In this document: one piece after another, positions 25,195-27,274 of the stretch | Layout of the letters: each line of letters starts with the position of its first letter | Position numbering within the stretch: position 1 is the stretch's first letter | From: Abditibacteriaceae bacterium | GTDB lineage: Bacteria; Armatimonadota; Abditibacteriia; Abditibacteriales; Abditibacteriaceae | Direction: 5' to 3' | DNA: 27,274 bases | Assembly: GCA_031372065.1 (NCBI GenBank) | Contig: JANMKN010000078.1 | Span: 1 to 27,274 of the forward strand | Notes under the pieces: model-generated | The model's input: the letters and a program-made list of their open reading frames with translations, nothing else | Databases searched by the model: none | What the model was told of the DNA's origin: nothing | Made by a program: the position numbers and the translations under genes

Positions 25195-27108
25195 TTAATC
25201 TTCCAACGTTGAAATATCGCCCGGTGCGACGCCGAGTTCTTGCGCTTTCAAAACGCGGCGCATGATCTTGCCGCTGCGCGTTTTGGGCAACGATTGAACA
25301 AACTCAATATCGCCGGGAATGGCAATCGGGCTGAGTTCTTCGCGGACGTGCTGCTTCAAGGCTTTGAGTAAATCGTCGTTGGCTTCGTGGCCTTGTCGCA
25401 AAATGACAAACGCTTTAATGCTTTCGCCTTTGAGCGCGTCCGGCTTGCCGATAACAGCAGCTTCGGCCACCGCCGGATGCGAAACCAAGGCGCTTTCCAC
25501 TTCGGCTGTGCCAATGCGATAGCCGGACACGTTCATCACATCGTCGGCGCGGCCCATGACGCGAAAATAACCGTCTTCGTCTTGCGTCGCCACATCGCCC
25601 GCCGAATAAAAACCGGGAATGGTGTTCCAATATGTCGCGTAGCGGTCAGCGTCTTTGTAAATGGTGCGCATCATGCCCGGCCACGGTTTTTTGATAACGA
25701 GAAAACCGCCTTTGCCGCGCTCGACTTCGTTGCCTTCGCGGTCAACAACCGCCGCTTCGATGCCGGGCAAGGGCTTACCGGGCGAGCCGGGTTTGGTCGG
25801 ATAACTGGGCACCGTGGAGATCATAAATTGCCCGGTTTCGGTTTGCCACCATGTGTCCACAATCGGCGCTTTTTCGCGCCCAATGTTTTTGTGATACCAC
25901 AGCCATGCTTCGGGGTTTATCGGTTCGCCGACAGTGCCCATGACTTTAATCGAAGACAAATCATATTTTGCGGGCCATTCGTCGCCAAAACGCATCAGGG
26001 CGCGAATGGCGGTGGGCGTCGAATAAAAAATGTTGACGCCGTATTTTTCGACGATGCTCCACCAGCGGCCCGGATTGGGAAAGTCCAGCGCGCCTTCGGC
26101 CAAAAGCACCGTCGCGCCATTAATCAGCGGGCCGTAAACCACATAACTGTGGCCGGTAATCCAGCCGGGGTCGGCGGTGCACATATAAATGTCGTCGTCG
26201 TGCAAATCGAAACAAATTTTATGCGTGTATGACGTGCCCACTGCGTAGCCGCCGTGCGTGTGGACCACGCCTTTGGGCTTGCCGGTTGTGCCCGATGTGT
26301 AAAGGAAAAAGAGCGGCGTTTCGCTATCGAGAACCTCCGCTTCGCAGTTTGGCGATTCGGCATCTAAGGCGGCATCGAAATCAATTTCGCGCTCTTCTTT
26401 TAATTCACCCGCGCCACGCCGGTAAACCATGATCTTTTCGAGGAAATCCAGACCCTCGACAGCTTCTTCGGCGATGCCTTTGAGATTAATTTGCTTGCCG
26501 CGCCGGTAGCCGATGTCGGTGCAAATGAGAACTTTCGATTGCGAATCTTCCATGCGGCTTTTCAAAGCTGGCGCCGAAAAACCGCCGTAAACAACGGAGT
26601 GAATGGCGCCGATGCGCGCACAAGCGAGCATCGCAATCGGCAATTCGGGCGTCATCGCCATGTAAAGCGTGACGCGATCTCCTTCGCCAACGCCGAGTTT
26701 CTTCAAGGCATTGGCGCATTGATTGACGCGCCGCGAAAGCTGCCCGTAAGTCAGAGCGCGTTCGGGCGCAACGCCATTGGCATCCGGTTCGCCAACCCAC
26801 AAATACGCCACTTTGTTGCGGTGTGGCGAATTGACATGGCGATCAAGCGCATTGACGGAGATATTGAATTTGCCGCCGACAAACCATTTCAATTCCGGCG
26901 GCGAAATTTGCCATTGCAGCGTTTCATTCCACGGCTCGAACCAATCGAGTTTTGCGGCTTGCTCGGCCCAAAAAGCAGCCGGGTCAGCGATGCTTTGCGC
27001 GTGCAAGGCGTCGAAATCTTTGACTATAGCGCGTTCGATGACTTCAGGCGAGGGCGTAAAAACTTCGCCTTCTTTGGCGAGCGATGAAAGGTTTTCGTTT
27101 TGGGACAT
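25195..27108 (-). CDS. acs: Acetate--CoA ligase (acetyl-CoA synthetase)
   Basis: LYTSGTTGKPKG, TADPGWITGHSY, VGEPINPEAW, DTWWQTETG, LPKTRSGKIMRR; SD GGAGGA before ATG 27108. Confidence 0.97.
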   Translation of the reverse strand: MSQNENLSSLAKEGEVFTPSPEVIERAIVKDFDALHAQSIADPAAFWAEQAAKLDWFEPWNETLQWQISPPELKWFVGGKFNISVNALDRHVNSPHRNKVAYLWVGEPDANGVAPERALTYGQLSRRVNQCANALKKLGVGEGDRVTLYMAMTPELPIAMLACARIGAIHSVVYGGFSAPALKSRMEDSQSKVLICTDIGYRRGKQINLKGIAEEAVEGLDFLEKIMVYRRGAGELKEEREIDFDAALDAESPNCEAEVLDSETPLFFLYTSGTTGKPKGVVHTHGGYAVGTSYTHKICFDLHDDDIYMCTADPGWITGHSYVVYGPLINGATVLLAEGALDFPNPGRWWSIVEKYGVNIFYSTPTAIRALMRFGDEWPAKYDLSSIKVMGTVGEPINPEAWLWYHKNIGREKAPIVDTWWQTETGQFMISTVPSYPTKPGSPGKPLPGIEAAVVDREGNEVERGKGGFLVIKKPWPGMMRTIYKDADRYATYWNTIPGFYSAGDVATQDEDGYFRVMGRADDVMNVSGYRIGTAEVESALVSHPAVAEAAVIGKPDALKGESIKAFVILRQGHEANDDLLKALKQHVREELSPIAIPGDIEFVQSLPKTRSGKIMRRVLKAQELGVAPGDISTLED

Positions 27109-27274
27109 GAGGATTCCTCCGGCGGAAATTATAAATTGGAAGCGGCGCCGGAAGTTTAGCAATTGTGCCCTGCCCTCGCGTAAAAATACCACAAGAGAAT
27201 GTTAATTATCGCGCGCTGTCCACAAACTGCGCACGCCAAATTCTTCACCGCGCATCGGTTTGGTGTGACCGTCC

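Overview
A bacterial chromosomal segment of moderate GC content, mostly housekeeping and accessory metabolism. It carries an ABC ATPase/permease/large helical protein trio (PilH/PilI/PilG-like), a membrane-anchored PAS-GGDEF diguanylate cyclase, a ThuA + Gfo/Idh/MocA pair, a basic secreted protein with two SPOR-like modules, argC, a YfcE-type phosphoesterase, a HAD-hisB-(DUF2007-like)-hisH-hisA cluster, galT-galK, argH, mgtE, a cysteine desulfurase, a WcaJ-like priming glycosyltransferase, a CxxCH putative heme c protein and acs. I saw no tRNA, rRNA, transposase, integrase or CRISPR array. The most unusual signals are non-coding. (1) A roughly 310-bp AT-rich array of 15 degenerate 20/21-nt units behind two hairpins, between convergent mgtE and the desulfurase gene. 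(2) Eight intergenic 'tandem short repeat + inverted copy' hairpins that share an architecture but not a sequence. (3) An identical TGCTACACTG box placed 6 nt before the start codons of argC and galT, suggesting leaderless mRNAs. (4) A terminator-containing structured leader before mgtE. (5) REP-like palindromes. All family assignments are by eye from motifs and were not checked against databases. Several start codons were moved downstream relative to the ORF track.
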